Positions 38,791 to 52,265 of a stretch of DNA of 64,000 nucleotides are shown here, in pieces. Source of the stretch: Hypanus sabinus (Eukaryota); assembly GCF_030144855.1 (NCBI RefSeq), contig NC_082719.1, positions 84,568,001 through 84,632,000 on the forward strand, written 5' to 3'. The position numbers were made by a program, and so were the translations under genes. The notes under the pieces are model-generated. The model did no database searches, was not told the origin of the DNA, and saw only the letters and a list, made by a program, of their open reading frames with translations. Position 1 is the first letter of the stretch; each line of letters begins with the position of its first letter.

Positions 38791-39829
38791 ACTATGATTC
38801 CAAAGGTATAGACTATGCGAAAGAAAAATAATTATCCGTCTTTCAGTAGGTTCTTTTCACCTTTCCTTCTGTTCTTTAGTTTTTCATTCTCCCATTTCTT
38901 TTTCAAAGTACAGTCTGGAAAATGGAGGAGCATTTGATTTTTGCACTCAACAGCAATTATGTGCCAATTTTAATGATGGTGTCTGTACGGAAATTCTCAT
39001 GATTTTTTTTCAAAGAGCACTTCTTGCGTCTTCATGATGTAGGAAGAGTGAGACATACCTGAGACCCAGGGCGCTGGAGACATGACTATGTTAAACATCA
39101 CAGTGAATGGGGGGAAAAAAATTAAGTGCTTGCGAAAGGTTCTCAATGACATTCCAACATAGCTTGTAAGGGGCAAGAACATTGGTGCTGCACGCTTACC
39201 AAGTAATGACCATTATCAAGAAGGGAGAGTCTCTCACCTATCCCTGATGTTTCCATCAGAGTCATTAAGCATCAATGTGCTGAGGGGTCTCTACTGTCAA
39301 TAAACTCAACTAGAAACATTTTTAAAAATACGGGATCAGTCCTGGAAATATCGTGGACATGAGCACGTCACAGGCTGACTATGCTATGGCAAGTGATTCT
39401 CGTTGTGACCTTTGTACCATTTGCAAGAAGTGGAAAGGAATATTGATTTTTTGTCTAAAAAAAAGCACAAATCCAACAGTAATATAAAAGAACTCCATCC
39501 AAGGCAAAGCAGCTCATCAACTCTCACTGTCATCTCCCGTCACCACTGGCAACCTGTGCCATAAAATATTATCACAGTTACAACCCTGGTTACTCTGACA
39601 GTACCTCCCAAATCTCTGATCTCTACCACCAAAAAGGTTCAGGGTATCAGGTGCACAGAAGCAATACCACGTGCAGCTTCCCCTCCAAGTCATGCACCAT
39701 CCTGACTTGGAAGTTTGTAGAAGTTGTTTCATTAGCGCTGGATCTACATGCTGGAACTTCTTACATAGCAGCAGTCTGGGGTATATTCATCTGAAGGTCT
39801 AGAGTAATTCAAGGCAATGGTCTGACCAC

Positions 39830-40350
39830 GTCACACTTGGAATATTGTGAGCAGTTTTGGACTCCATTTCTGAGAAAGGATGTGCTGCCTTTGGAGAGGG
39901 TCCAGAGGAGGTTTATGAGAATGATTTGGGAATGCTTGAGGAGCACTTAATGATTTTTGACTTGTACTCATCGGAGTTTAGAATAATGAGAGGTGCAATC
40001 TCATTGAAACCAACTGAATATTGAAAGAGTGGACGTGGAGAGAATGTTTCCAATTGTGCGAGTCCGGGACCAGGGAGATATTATCTCACAATAAAAGGAT
40101 GTCCCTTTGGAACAGAGATGAAGTGTTACTTTCCTAAGCCAGAAGATGGTGAGATTGTAGAATCTATTGCTACAGATGCCTATGGAGACCGAGTCATTGG
40201 GTTTATTTAAAGTGGAGGTTGATAAGTTCTTGATTAGCAAGTGCGTCAAAGGTTATGGAGAGAAAGCAGGATAATGCGGTTGAGAGGTAAATAAATCAAC
40301 CACCATTGATTGGTAGAGCAGGCTCATTGGGCCAAGTGGCCTAATTACAT
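39830..40350 (+). mobile_element. CR1 3' fragment
   Basis: HLEYCEQFW...LERVQRRF remnant and CR1 tail. Confidence 0.75.
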
Positions 40351-40364
40351 TCTTAAGGGCTAAG

Positions 40365-40655
40365 AAAGCAGCTCTTTGGTGGCAGGTAATGTAGAGCTTT
40401 ATTCCAGTTTGATTCCCGCTGCAGTCTTTAAGGAGTTTCTACATTCTCCCATGACTGCATGGGTTTCTTCCTGTGCTTCAGTTTCCTCCCACATTCTAAA
40501 GATGTACGGTTTAGGGTTAGTAAGTTAGGGGCATACAATGTTGATACCAGGACTGTCGTGATACTTGCAGGCTGCTCCTTGGAGTATGTTGGTTGTTGAC
40601 ACAATGTATTTCGCTGTATGTTTCAATGTTTTATGAACACGTGGCAAATAAAGCT
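40365..40655 (+). mobile_element. V-SINE (HE1-like); related degenerate copies near 21200, 53530, 54950 and 61765
   Basis: Core ggagttt-tacattctccc-atgactgcatgggtttc...ttcctcccacattc-aaaga, resembling the vertebrate V-SINE domain. Confidence 0.65.
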
Positions 40656-41189
40656 TTTTTAAAAACCTTTTCATTGCCACCTCAGGGACAATTTCGACAA
40701 TAATTGGTGGCTCTGCCAGTGATGTGCAGATTACAAAAAAGCATTTTTTAAAGATTGATCTAATTGGTGATTACCTCACTGTAATTTGTGCTGTCTGCCA
40801 TGGGGAAAAACAACCTCCAAATCAGAAGTGGTTCTTCTCCCGTAGCAGACAACAGGAAGACCCATACAGCACAGCAACAGGCTATTTCAATGATTTTTTC
40901 CCGTTCTTTGTCCAAATCCACCCTCCTTATAATGAGCAAAGTGCTGCTTCCTGAATCTGTCTAGAGGTACCGTAGGCATGATCTTCACCATGCCTTAAAC
41001 TCTACAACCACCTCTTCTTGTGCCCATTGGGTGTGGGCTGTCTGCACCTGACCTGCTAAGGTTTTGGGAGATATTGTCCCTGGAGCACTACAATCAGACT
41101 GCCCAGGAAGCTCCCATGATGACATTGAGCAAGCAAGAACAGGATACTGATCCAGCAAAGATTTAAGAATGTATGTAGTCATTAGCATG

Positions 41190-41510
41190 CACTTAGTAGC
41201 CACTTTATTCGGTACACTTGCATACCTCTTTAATGCAAATATCTAATCAGCCAATTATGTGGCAGCAATTCAATACATAGAGAATGCAGACAATGTCACG
41301 AGAAATTCAGTTGTTGTTCTGACCGAACATCAGAATGGGGTAGAAATATGATCTAAGTGAATTTGATTGTCAAGTGATTGTTGGTGCCAGACACAGTGTT
41401 TTGAGTATCTCTGAAAGTGCTAATCTGCTGAGGTGTTTTACAGAGCAGTCCCTATAGAGTTTATGGAATGGTGAGGTGAACAAAGAACATCTAGTGAGTG
41501 GCAGTTCTGT
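41190..41510 (+). mobile_element. Tc1-like transposon 5' fragment
   Basis: Left end gccactttatt-ggtacac and a decayed N-terminus (DLSEFD..VIVGAR...SISE.ANLL); truncated by the CR1 that follows. Confidence 0.7.
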
Positions 41511-44500
41511 AGACTAGAGCTTTGATCAGCAACCAATCCAGACATTGGAAGTTTGGAGAAGAGCAGAGTCCATTGCCTGAGGCTAAAAGGCAGGAGTGGA
41601 TGGCTGCAGCATAAAAGAGCTTTGACCTGCAGCCAGTCGGCGTTTGGGATTGATTAGCAAGAGCAAATTAAGGAAGGCAGGGGCAAGCACAGCGGCCGTC
41701 GCCGGAGTAGACTTAAGTCAGAGTGGTGATCTTAAGGCTTTAGCTCTTCAAGGCTTTGGGGGAAGAGAAGCTTCACTCAGAGAAAGAAAAGCAAGTTTTT
41801 CTCCATCTCTTCTTTATATCTGTTCAGTTAGGTCAGTAGACATGCCAGGCAAGATAGTGGAATGCTCATCTTGCGGGATGTGGGAAGGCAGGGAGACCTC
41901 CAGTGTTCCTGACGACTACAACTGCAAGAAGTGCATCCAGCCGCAGCTCCTAAAAATCCACATTAAGGAGTTGGAGCTGAAATTGGATGAACTGTGGGTC
42001 AAATGGGAGGCTTAAGGGGTGATAGATAAGATATATGGAGAGGTAGTTACAGCTTAGGTACAGGACACAGGAAACTGGATGACAGTCAGGAAGGGGAAAG
42101 GGGTTAAGGATCCAGTGCAGAATACTTTTGTGGCCATTCCCCTCAACAACAGGTATAACACTTCGGATGTTGATGGGGGGTGGTTGGGGTTGGGGGCGCG
42201 GGTGAGGAATGAGCTAACAGAGGAAACTCACGGTGGTTTTGTCTATGGCACTCACGCTGCCTCTGCGACTCAGAGAGAAAGGAGGCAGAAGAGGCATGCC
42301 GTGGTGTTAGGGCATTTGCTAGTTAGGGGAACAGACAGGAGGTTCTGTGGGCGACAGTGAGAGTCCTGGATGGTATGTTACCTCCCGGGAGTCCTGGATA
42401 TCTCAGATCAAGTTTTCAGCATTCTTGAATGGGAGGATGAATAGCCAGAAGTCATGGTCCATGTAAGTACCAACGAGACGGGTAGGTTGAGTGATGAGGT
42501 TCTGTATAGGAAGTTAGGTGCTAAGTTAAAGGGCAGGAGCTCCAGGGTTGTGATCGCAGGATTGCTGCCCGTGCCATGTGCTAGTGAGGCTAGAACTAAG
42601 AAGGTTATGCAGTTTAATACGTGGCAGAGAAGTTAGTGTAGGAGGGAAGGCATAAGATTTTTGGATCATTGGGCTTTCTTCCAGGGAAGATGGGACCTGT
42701 ACAGAAAGGATTGTTTGCCCCTAAATTGGAGGGAAGTAATATCCTAGTGGGAATGTTTGTTAATGTTACAGGGTGGGATTTAAACTAGAGTTGCAGGGTG
42801 GTGGGAAGCAGAGTGCCAGGACAGTTAGAGGAGAGGTTGTGGTAGCAGATGTTGCTAAGAACTCAGACTAAGTCAGGAACAAAAAGGTTGAGCATGGTGT
42901 GACTAGCGTCCTGAGCTGTAGGAAGTATCCTAGGAAAGGTGGATAATAGTGCTGAAGATGAGGTAGGATGTTTGCAAACAGAGACAATGTGTAGAGAGGA
43001 ATGGCTGTAGATACAGCAAAATTGCAGATTTAGTTGCAACTTAAAAGGCAGACGAAATTGAAAAGGCTAAATACGGGACTGAATAGAGTATCTGAATGCA
43101 CACAATATATGGAATAAGGTAGATGAACTTGCAGCACAGTTGCAGATTGTCAGGTATGATATTGTAGGCATCACTGAATCATGGCTGAAAGACTATAGCT
43201 GGGAACGTAATGTCCAAGGAGACACATTGCATCAAAAGCATAGGCAGGAATGCAAAGGGGTCAGTATTGCTCTGTTGTTTGAAAAATTAAATCAGATCAT
43301 TAGAAAGAGGTGACATGTGGTTGGATGGCGCTGAATTATTGTGGATAGAGCAAAGGAATTGTAAGGGTTAAAAACTCTATGATGGGAGTTGTATACAAAT
43401 CCCAAAACAGTAGTAAGGATGTAGCCCACAAATAATAACAGGAGATTGAAATTGCATGCCAAAGGGCAATGTTACAATAGTGCTACATACCCCATGGGTA
43501 TCTTGTGACTGTCTTATGACCATGATGTAATTGAGTATCTTGTGAGCATGATCCAATTGTCTTGTGATGGTGGGGTGAGGGAATTTTCCCGCCTATGTGA
43601 GGTCACATGATGTAATTTTCCCGCCGGTGTGAGGTCCTGTGATGACATGTTACAATAGGTATATAAAGGGAAACCCCTGTTGTGACGCAGGTTATTTCAT
43701 TAGTTAGTTTTGCTGCGTATTCGTCTCAGGACACAGTTTCATTTTAAAGTGGAGTTTTTACTTTCTATTGTAAGGTGCAAAACTGTTGTGCTGGCAGTTT
43801 TGCCATTCGCTGCCAGTTCTTGTTTGGTGCACCTTGGTTTTACCTCTACAGTCTAGTATTGGAGAGTAAAGACTTTACCAAAGTACGGGCATCTAAAGGA
43901 TTGAGTAATGTTGGTGTTGTTCGGTGGTTCTGTAAAGGATCGACTTTATTGAATCTTCATTCAGGAATAGTGGCCTGCATCTGAGATAACCCCTGCAAGA
44001 TCAGGAAGGTTTGTGCAGTGTTCACCCTCCAGGAAAAAGGTCAGTTCCTTTAAGCTGTTTTATTTCCTACATCATGAATCCTTTGGACAAGGCACCTCTT
44101 GACTGTGATTGGCAGATTCGTCATTTTCTTCGGAGGAATTGTTGTTGTAGTAAAGTCTCTCCTTACTGACTGTATAAATCACTTGGACATTTGAATTTAC
44201 CGCTTTAAGAACTATTCCAGAGTTCGACTGTTTGTAGAATTGCCACATGGCAGTTAACTTCCGGTAAAGTTAGTCGTTTGTTTTCTTTTCACTTTTGTTG
44301 AGCAATGTTTAATAAATGTTGATGTTTGTTTATAAAACCTGACTCAATTCTATATTCATTGTTGCCAACCATACAACAATAATCATGGGGGGATTTCAAT
44401 ATGCAGATAGATTGGGAAAATCAGGTTGGTGCTAGATTACAGGAGGGAGAATTTCTCGAGTGCCTACGAGATGGGTTTTTAGAACAGCTTGTTGTGGAAC

Positions 44501-46385
44501 CCACTAGTGGATCAGCTATTCTGGATTGATTAGAGAACTTAAGGTTAAAGAACCCTTAAGGGGAAAGTGATCGTAATATGATCGGGTTCACCCTGAAATT
44601 TGAGGAGAACGTAGTCAGATATATCAGTATTTTAGTAAAGTAAAAGGAAATAGAACCATGAGAAAGGATTTGGCCAGAATTGATTGGTAAAGAACACTGG
44701 CAGGGTTGACAGCAGAGCAGCAGTGGCTGTAATTTCCAGAAGCAATTTGGATGGCACGGTATGTATATATCCCAAAGAGGAAGAAGTATTGTAAAGGAAA
44801 GATGACACAACCATGACCGACAAGAGAGGTCAAAGCTAACATTATTGTCAAAGAGAGGGCATATAATAGAGCAAAAAATAGTGGAAAGCTAGAGGACTGG
44901 GAAGTTTTTAAAAACCAATAGAAGGCAACTTTAAAAAAAAGTCATTAAGAAGGTAAAGATGGAATATGAAAGTAAGCTAGCCAATAATATTGAAGAAGGT
45001 ACCAAAAGTTGCTTCAGATACCTAAATGTAAAAGAGAAGCAAGAGAGGATATCAGACCACTGGAAAATAATGCTGCAGAGGAAGTAATGGAGACAATGAA
45101 ATAGCGAACAAACTGGATAATTATTTTGCATCAGTCTTCACTGTGGAAGTTCCAGCTGTCTAGGAGCACTATTACCAGGGAAGGAGTTACTGTTACCAGA
45201 GAAAAGGTTCTTGGGGAAACTGAAAGGTCTGAAGGTGGGTAAGTCACCTGGACTAGATGGTGTACACCTCACGGTTCTGAAAGAGGTAGCTGAAGAAATC
45301 ATGGAGGCAATAGTAATGCTCTTTCAAGAATCACTAGATTCTGGAATGGTTCTGGAAGACTGGAAAATTGCAAATGTATCTCCACTCTTCAAGAAGGGAG
45401 AAAGGAAACTATAGGCCAGTTATTCTGGCCTCAGTGGTTGGGAGGATGTTGGAGTTGCTTATTCCGGATGAGGTCTCCGGGTACTTGGAGGCACATGATG
45501 AAATAGGCTGTAGTCAGCATGGTTTCCTCAAGGGAAAATATTGCCTAACAAATCTGTTGGAATTCAGGATAGGCTAAAGAGAATCAGTTAGTGTTGTGTT
45601 CTTGGATTTTCAGAAGGCCTTTGACAAGATGCCAGACATGAGGCTGCTTAACAAGCTACAAGTCCATGGTGTTACAGAACGATTCTAGCATGGATAAAGC
45701 AGTGGCTGATTTGCAGGAGACAAAGAGTAGGAATAAAGAGAGCCTTTTCTGACTGGTGTTCCAATGGGTCTGTGTTAGGGCTGATTTTTATTACGTTATA
45801 TGTTATTGATTTGGATGATAGAATTGATGGCTTTGTTACAAAGTTTGCAGATGATATGAAGATAGCTGGAGGGGCAGGTAATTTTGAGGAAGTAGAGAGG
45901 AAGGCAAATGCAATGTTAGTATTCATTTCAAGAAGACTAGGATATAAAAGCAAGGATGTAATGTTGAGGCTTTGTAAGGCACTGGTGAGGCCTCACTTGG
46001 AGAACAGGTTTGGGCGTCGTATCTTTGAAAGGATTTGATAAAATTGGAGTGGGTTCAAAGGAGGTTCACAAGAATGATTCATGGATTGAATATCTTGTCA
46101 TAGGAAGAGCATTTGATGACCCTGGGCCCATGTTCACTAGAATTCAGAAGAATGACCTCATTGAAACCTATCAAATAGTGAAAGGCCTTGATAGAGTTGA
46201 TGTGGGGAGGATGTTTCCTATGGTGGGGAAGTCTAAGACCATAGGGGACACAGCCTTAGAATAGAGGGGCGCGTGAATAGAGATGAGGAATTTCTTTAGC
46301 CAGCAAGTGGTGAATCTGTGGAATTCTCTGCCACAGGGAGCTGTGAAGGCCAAGTACGTATACTTAAGGCAGAGGTTTATAGAGA
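41511..46385 (+). mobile_element. Near full-length decayed CR1 LINE (5'UTR, ORF1 zinc finger/leucine zipper/esterase, ORF2 EN-RT)
   Basis: ORF1 from 41842: VECSSCGMWE...YNCKKC...IKELELKLDEL and VVLGHLLVRGTDRRFCG. ORF2 remnants: KSPGLDG, DWKIANV, NYRPV, QHGFLKGK, DFQKAFD, KFADDMK. Confidence 0.92.
43481..44378 (+). mobile_element. Solo LTR (Gypsy-like) inserted in the CR1 endonuclease region
   Basis: TG...CA ends; 4-bp flanks atag / ataa; TATA-like tatataaa at about 43660; AATAAA at 44311; CR1 reads through across it (..gttacaatag|tcatgggg..). Confidence 0.85.
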
Positions 46386-46389
46386 CTTA

Positions 46390-48830
46390 ATATTCTCACT
46401 CTTAAACTGCAGGGTGAATTCTGTCAGATTATGATCACTGGCTCCTAAGGGTTCCTTTACCTTAATCTCCCTGAGCAAATCTTGTTCATTACAAAACATC
46501 CAATTGAGAATAGCTGAGAATAGTGTTCTCAACCACAAGCTGCTCTATAAAGTCATCATCTACAAATTCCCTCTGTTAGGATCCAGCACCACCATGACTA
46601 TTGTAAAATCGCCGTTTCTGCATGCCTTTTCTAATTCCAGTTTTAATTTATATCTCATATCCTGGGTACTGTTCGGAGGCCTGTAAGTAATTCCCATCAG
46701 GATCCTTTTAATCTGGCATTTTTTTTTAGCTTTACCCACATGGTTCTACATCTTTCAATCCTAGTTCTAAGGATTCAATATCATTTTTTACCAACAGAGC
46801 CACCCCACCCCTTCCACCTACCTGCCTGTACTTTTCATACAATGTGTATCCTTAGATTCCAACTATGATCTTCTTTTAGCCACAACATCATAACTGGCAT
46901 TTTCTAACTATGCTTCAAGGTCATCTACCTCAGTGTTTTCGACCTTTTTTAACCCATTCCCCCCCCCCCCCCAAAGCACTTTCATACTTGCCAATGCTCC
47001 CCTAAAGGGCCTTCATTCTTGTCAATGCCCCTCTTAAATACAGCAATCTTTCCAGCACCCTCACAGTGTAAAACCCATATGCTAACATGAGAAAAATGAT
47101 CTGCTTTAAAATTTTTATTTCTCTTTAAATCTAGCTTATACTGTACCTTTGCACTGTACAGCAGTTTCAATATCAATGTGATCACTGACCTTATGGTTTT
47201 TAGCAAGAGTTGAAATATCTGATTCAAGTTGTGATAGCAAAAGTCTTAGTCCCCATGTGTAACAATGTCCAGGCAGTTTCTGTTTTTTGTGAACATGAAG
47301 TTCATTGCACTGAAGCCTCTTTTAGCAAGGTAGGACGATGGAAATGGAATGAAGAGCAGTTTGTCTTTTTTCCGAACACCATGAAAATTCGTATGACTGT
47401 GTAGCCACATATTTGAAAAGCATTTTTGCCTTTTCATCATTCTGAATTCAGAATCAGGTTTATTATCCTTCTTTCAAGCTCTCGTCCTGTTCTTCCACCT
47501 TACAAAGAAATGGGTTAACTACCCAATCTGAAATTTACGGATCGTTCAAATCCTTGAATCGATTCTGAAAATCCTTCTTCAGTGATTGCAAGCAGTACTC
47601 TTGTACCATCAGTACCATCTGTAAAAGGCTTCATTAAACAGTACAGTATTACTAATAAGACACATGGGGTGTCAGTAATCTGACAGGAGTGGAATAAGAC
47701 CATACTCCAGGTATGTAACACTGTATTGATGCACTTTCTGTAGATTCTGTTTCCTAGCAGGATTAGAATTCAAGGTTTCACCACCTTCAGACTGCTTGAG
47801 ATCGAGTTGTGCGTATTATCCTTCATTAACCAGGCTAAATTGAAATAAAAAATTAACACAAACTGGGAATGTTGATGACGACAGTGAGTTGACACGAATG
47901 GAATGATGGTGGCAGCACGCGGGGAAGATGAAGACGATTACAACAGCGAAACTTACTTTGACAAGGATTCAGATTGGAATCTGAATGTTGGTCAGGATAG
48001 AGCTGGTGTTCAGCAAGCTACCTTCATACTATTCCAGTTAGCACAATTAGTTACAAGATCCAGTTAGTTCTCGTAAGGTCTCATCATCCCCAAAGATGGT
48101 TATTGATCGCACAGCTGAAGCTGAAGTCGCTTTGAACACCTCGAGAAATCCTCGGGATCGGCAGATTCACTAATTGGCTCTTTTTCACCATTTGGGTCCA
48201 GCCTGTGCTGTATCATTGTGTTTTCCGTAGATCTGGTGAGACAGTTCAGAGACTTACCAACTGCTAAATTGCATGAGCTCATTCCATACCGTGAGTCAAG
48301 GGGAACTGTTGGACACTGTGGTTGCTAGTTTTTGAGTTCCCAATAATGTCTGTTTAGTTGGTAAGGTCAGATGAGATTGCCGAGTTTCGGTCATGTTGTA
48401 TCGACGAGTGCACACCGCTTCCAAAGCTATGGTTCTTCCTGGGTTCCAGTGTTTAATCTCTTTTTTTTTTGGAAGAGACTGCCCTACTAACAATTGGTCA
48501 GGTCTTGTGCCTCAAATTAGGGTGTTCCTTACCACCCCTTCCAAAAATCTTTAATGCCTCAGACGATTTCTATTTCCCCTAGCATCCCCTTTGGACACAC
48601 TTTGGAAACACTGATCTACCTGATTCCATAAACTCTGTGCATTCAACTGTAACACCTTCAGTCCTGTTTTCATCACCCTTTTCAGTTTTGCCCCCATGTT
48701 GCACTTCAACTCATCCCACTGACTCTAATTTTACCCTATCATCTGCCTGTCCTTACTCAGAGTCTCACTACACATTACATCTACTTATATACCACATCAC
48801 TCTGGTTCCTGTCCCCCTGCCAAATTAGTT
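46390..48830 (-). mobile_element. Antisense CR1 endonuclease-region fragment split by a hAT
   Basis: Reverse-complement similarity to about 43090-43480 and 44380-44610. Confidence 0.65.
46931..48613 (-). mobile_element. hAT (Buster-type) element, deletion derivative
   Basis: TIRs CAGTGTTT / AAACACTG; perfect 8-bp TSD ATCTACCT; C-terminal dimerisation remnant LFIPFPSSYLAKRGFSA..TKNRNCLDI. Confidence 0.88.
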
Positions 48831-49137
48831 TAATTAATTAGTACCATACTGCTTAAAGACCATTTCTACTCAAGGCACCTCAAGTGGTACCAGTTTCAAT
48901 GCAGGTCACATGTAGGTGCCTTAAGCGATTGGCCATTTTTCTCTGGAATTTTAACCTTGCATGTTGTGGAAAGAGTTCAGATAACACTGCCCAGTCTGGA
49001 TTTAAGTCTTTTTAGTTCTTTGACTCAAGACGATGCCACAATGAGACCTGGCCTGTTTGTCTGTTACTGTCTCTGACACTTTCTGGATATTCACTTTTTT
49101 CAACAACAATTTCATTGTTTTTTTAATTACTACTCAG

Positions 49138-49233
49138 GAATTGCTGTCTGTGTGTTCAGAAGAATTGGAATCCAAATGTTTGAAGCAAAACTTGAGATTG
49201 GAAGAGATTGACCGAAGTGTGACCAAAACCAAG
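49138..49233 (+). CDS. TRIM-like gene exon 2 (96-bp coiled-coil exon)
   Basis: actcag|GAA...AAG|gtaagg; ELLSVCSEELESKCLKQNLRLEEIDRSVTKTK; 96-bp phase-0 exon typical of SPRY-TRIMs. Confidence 0.9.
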
Positions 49234-49429
49234 GTAAGGAATTCTGTAAGAATAGCTTCTCTTCCCATCCTCTCCTGAGTAGGACAGCCTCTGGGTGTAC
49301 AGACCACACTCCTGTCTAATGTGTGATTCAAATTTCATATTGACCACAGAAATTGAGACTGTCAGTGCTTAACAATCCCTCATTTTTTGTCTCTGCAGAA
49401 GTAACTTAAGAGTGATCAGGAATAGAATT

Positions 49430-49930
49430 CAGAATCAGGGTTTTATTATCACTAGCATATATCATGACATTAGTTTACAGCAGCAGGACAGTGCAAAGAA
49501 AAATTACTATAAGTTACAAACATATATAAATAGTGAAATTGAATTCATTTGTTCTTGGACTCTTCAGAAATCCAGTGGCTGAAGGGAAGAAGGTATTCCT
49601 AAAATGTGGAGTGAATCTTCAGGCTCTTATACCACCTCCACAATGGTAATAACAAAAATATAGCATGTCTGGGATAGCGAAGGTCTTTACTGATGGATGC
49701 CTTGATACACCAGCTCCAGAAGATGTCCGTATGGTGAGATAAGGTTGCGTCTGAATGTGCTGGCTGAGTCTACAACTCTCTGAAGCTTCTTGTGATCCTG
49801 TGTATTGGAGCCTCCACATCAGACAATGATGTAACCAGTGTGAACGCTTTCCATCGTACATGTATAGAAATTAGTGACGGTCTTTGGTGACACACCAAGT
49901 TGCCGCAAGCTCCTAATGAGGTAGAATTGC
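49430..49930 (-). mobile_element. Rex1/Babar-like LINE 3' fragment
   Basis: (tcagaa)n tail and homology to the other copies. Confidence 0.6.
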
Positions 49931-50229
49931 TGGCTTGATCCCACTTTCCTATTATTTAGAAGCAGCTAATGCACTAAACACATGTTCCTTGCCCCAGCTG
50001 AGATCAGCTATATCAGCAGAAGTTAGGGATTGAATATATGATCTTACTGGTCCATGCAGATCAGTGCCAGGACAAACATAAGAATTAGTCACAGTCACAT
50101 CAGGGTAAGAGGACTTAACATTATGACTGGGGCAATAGAGAGGCTGTAAGGATATCAGACTGATTGGTAGAATTGAGCCTCTGTGACACAGATTGAGCAT
50201 AAACTGGAGATTTTTCCTTTTTTTTCCAG

Positions 50230-50463
50230 GAAGAAGCTGATGCGCTCCAGCGCCAGGTGGAAGATGATTTTGACGCTTTGAGGCGTTTCCTGGATGCAGA
50301 GGAGAAGGCTCTGAAGGAGCAGATATCTGCTGAGGCACAGGGGGTCTTGCAAGAACTGAGCAAGTTGAAGATGGAATGTTCGCAGAAAGTGGGAGGTCTG
50401 ACTGGGCTGGCTGAGCCTCTCCACTCAGCAATGCAGACTGACAACCTGAGTGAAATTTTGAAG
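50230..50463 (+). CDS. TRIM-like gene exon 3 (coiled coil)
   Basis: tttccag|GAA...AAG|gtgttt; 234 bp; EEADALQRQVEDDFDALRRFLDAEEKALKEQI..., matching the TRIM F-xx-L-xx-FL-xx-EE pattern. Confidence 0.92.
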
Positions 50464-51414
50464 GTGTTTATTTTTTGTGGGCCTGAGTAAATAATGCAAA
50501 TGTATTTCTGCCTCTTCAATTTAGTCATTTTTTTAAAAAAACGCAGACAGGTGCAAATGTAGTGGTGCTGGAGGTGGTGATAGAGGCGGATACTTTAGGG
50601 GCATTTAAGAAAATCTTGGATAGGCACATGAATGAAAGAAAAATAGAAGGGGAGGGTTAGATTGATCTTGGAGTTAACTGACCAGCCCCAACATTGTGGG
50701 CCAAAAGGTCTGTAATATGTTGTACTGTTATGTTCTATGAAGAAAATTAACATGATATTTGGAGACCTTTTCTGTGTCTTTTTGCCTTCATGTTTAGTCA
50801 GGCGGTGCTATTGCAATGGGAATATATCAACAGCACCATTGAAGGCAAAATCTGATTGATTCCTCAGAAGGAAGGCTCAGGTGAATGTGTTAAAGGAAAA
50901 TTGTATTTAGCATTAGAGAGTGCCAATAGAGGAAATCCTGTTAATGCAGGCATTGGAAGTTCTCTCCAAACAGCAATTGATGGATGCCTTTTGGAACTTC
51001 AACATCTACAAGTTTGTAGTCTATGGATTGAAGGAGCCTATAGCAGCATGGATGGAACATAGCCTGAGTAAGGTTAAAAGATTGACACAACATCATGGGC
51101 TGTACTGTGCTGTACTGTTCTATGTGTAACTGGAAACAGATCAATAGCAAAAGCTTGTTTTCCAGACTGGAGAGCTGTGTACAGCAGGCTCAATAATATA
51201 TAATGACTTATTCTCGGAAGTAGAGGGTATAATGTCCAAATTTATTAAGTCCAAATCTTTGGTGTTGAGCAATCAGTGTTCTGAGAAATTTTCACAACAT
51301 CCTGCTTATTCACCACAATTCTACCATTTTCACTGGTTAATAATCATACATTCCCTTCCAAAGAGTGTTGTGGATGGACTATGGCCAGTTGGAGTTCTGT
51401 GGTTCAATAGACCG

Positions 51415-52265
51415 TAAGACATAGGATCAGAATTAGGTCATCCAGCCCATTGAGTCTGCTCCTCTATTCCATCATGGCTGATTTATTATCTGTCTCAACT
51501 CCATTCTCCTGTCTTCTCCCATAACCTTTGACACCCTTATTAAGAATGTGTCAATCTCTGTTTTAAATATACTCAATGACGTGCTCTACAGCTGCCTGTA
51601 GCAATGAATTACACAGACTTACCACCTTCTAGCTAAAGAAATTCCTTCTCATCTCTATTCTAAAGGGCCATCCTTCTATTCTGAGGCTGTGCCTTTTGGT
51701 CCTAGACTCCCACGCTAGAGGAAATATTTTCTCCACATTCACTCTTCCTAAGCCTTTCAATATTCAATAGGTTTCAATGAGATCTAAGATTCAAAGTGCA
51801 TTTATTATCGAAGAATGTACAAATTATACAACATTGAGATTTGTTTGCTTACTGGTAGCAGCAAACAAAGAACCTAATTTTTAAAAAAATAGCCCAACCT
51901 CCAGTGCCTAGGGAGAAACAAGGGAAAAAGATCAAAACAAATGCAAACAATAAAAGCAAGCAACAACAGCAGCAACATTCCAAACCAAATTGAGTCCTTG
52001 GATCCAAATTCCCAGAGCAACTTGGAGTCAGTTTCCCCCATCATTCTTCTAAACTGGAGTGAGCAATGGCCTAGAAACATCAAACACTCTTCAAACCTCG
52101 ACTGTTTTATTTCCAGATTAGTTCTTGTAAACCTCCTCTGGACCCTCTCCAATGCCAGTGCATTCTTTCTAAGAAAATGGGCCCAAATTTGCTCACAATA
52201 CTCCAAGTGTGATCTGACCAATGCACCTTAAAGCCTCAGCATTACATCCTTACTTTTATATTCTA
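51415..52265 (-). mobile_element. CR1 3' fragment interrupted by a tailed repeat at about 51787-52030
   Basis: VRSHLEYCEQIWAHFLRKNALALERVQRRFTR and CR1 tail. Confidence 0.8.

Noticed and set aside
49952-50528. Long minus-strand ORFs (135-159 aa)
   Set aside because: Antisense shadows of TRIM exon 3.
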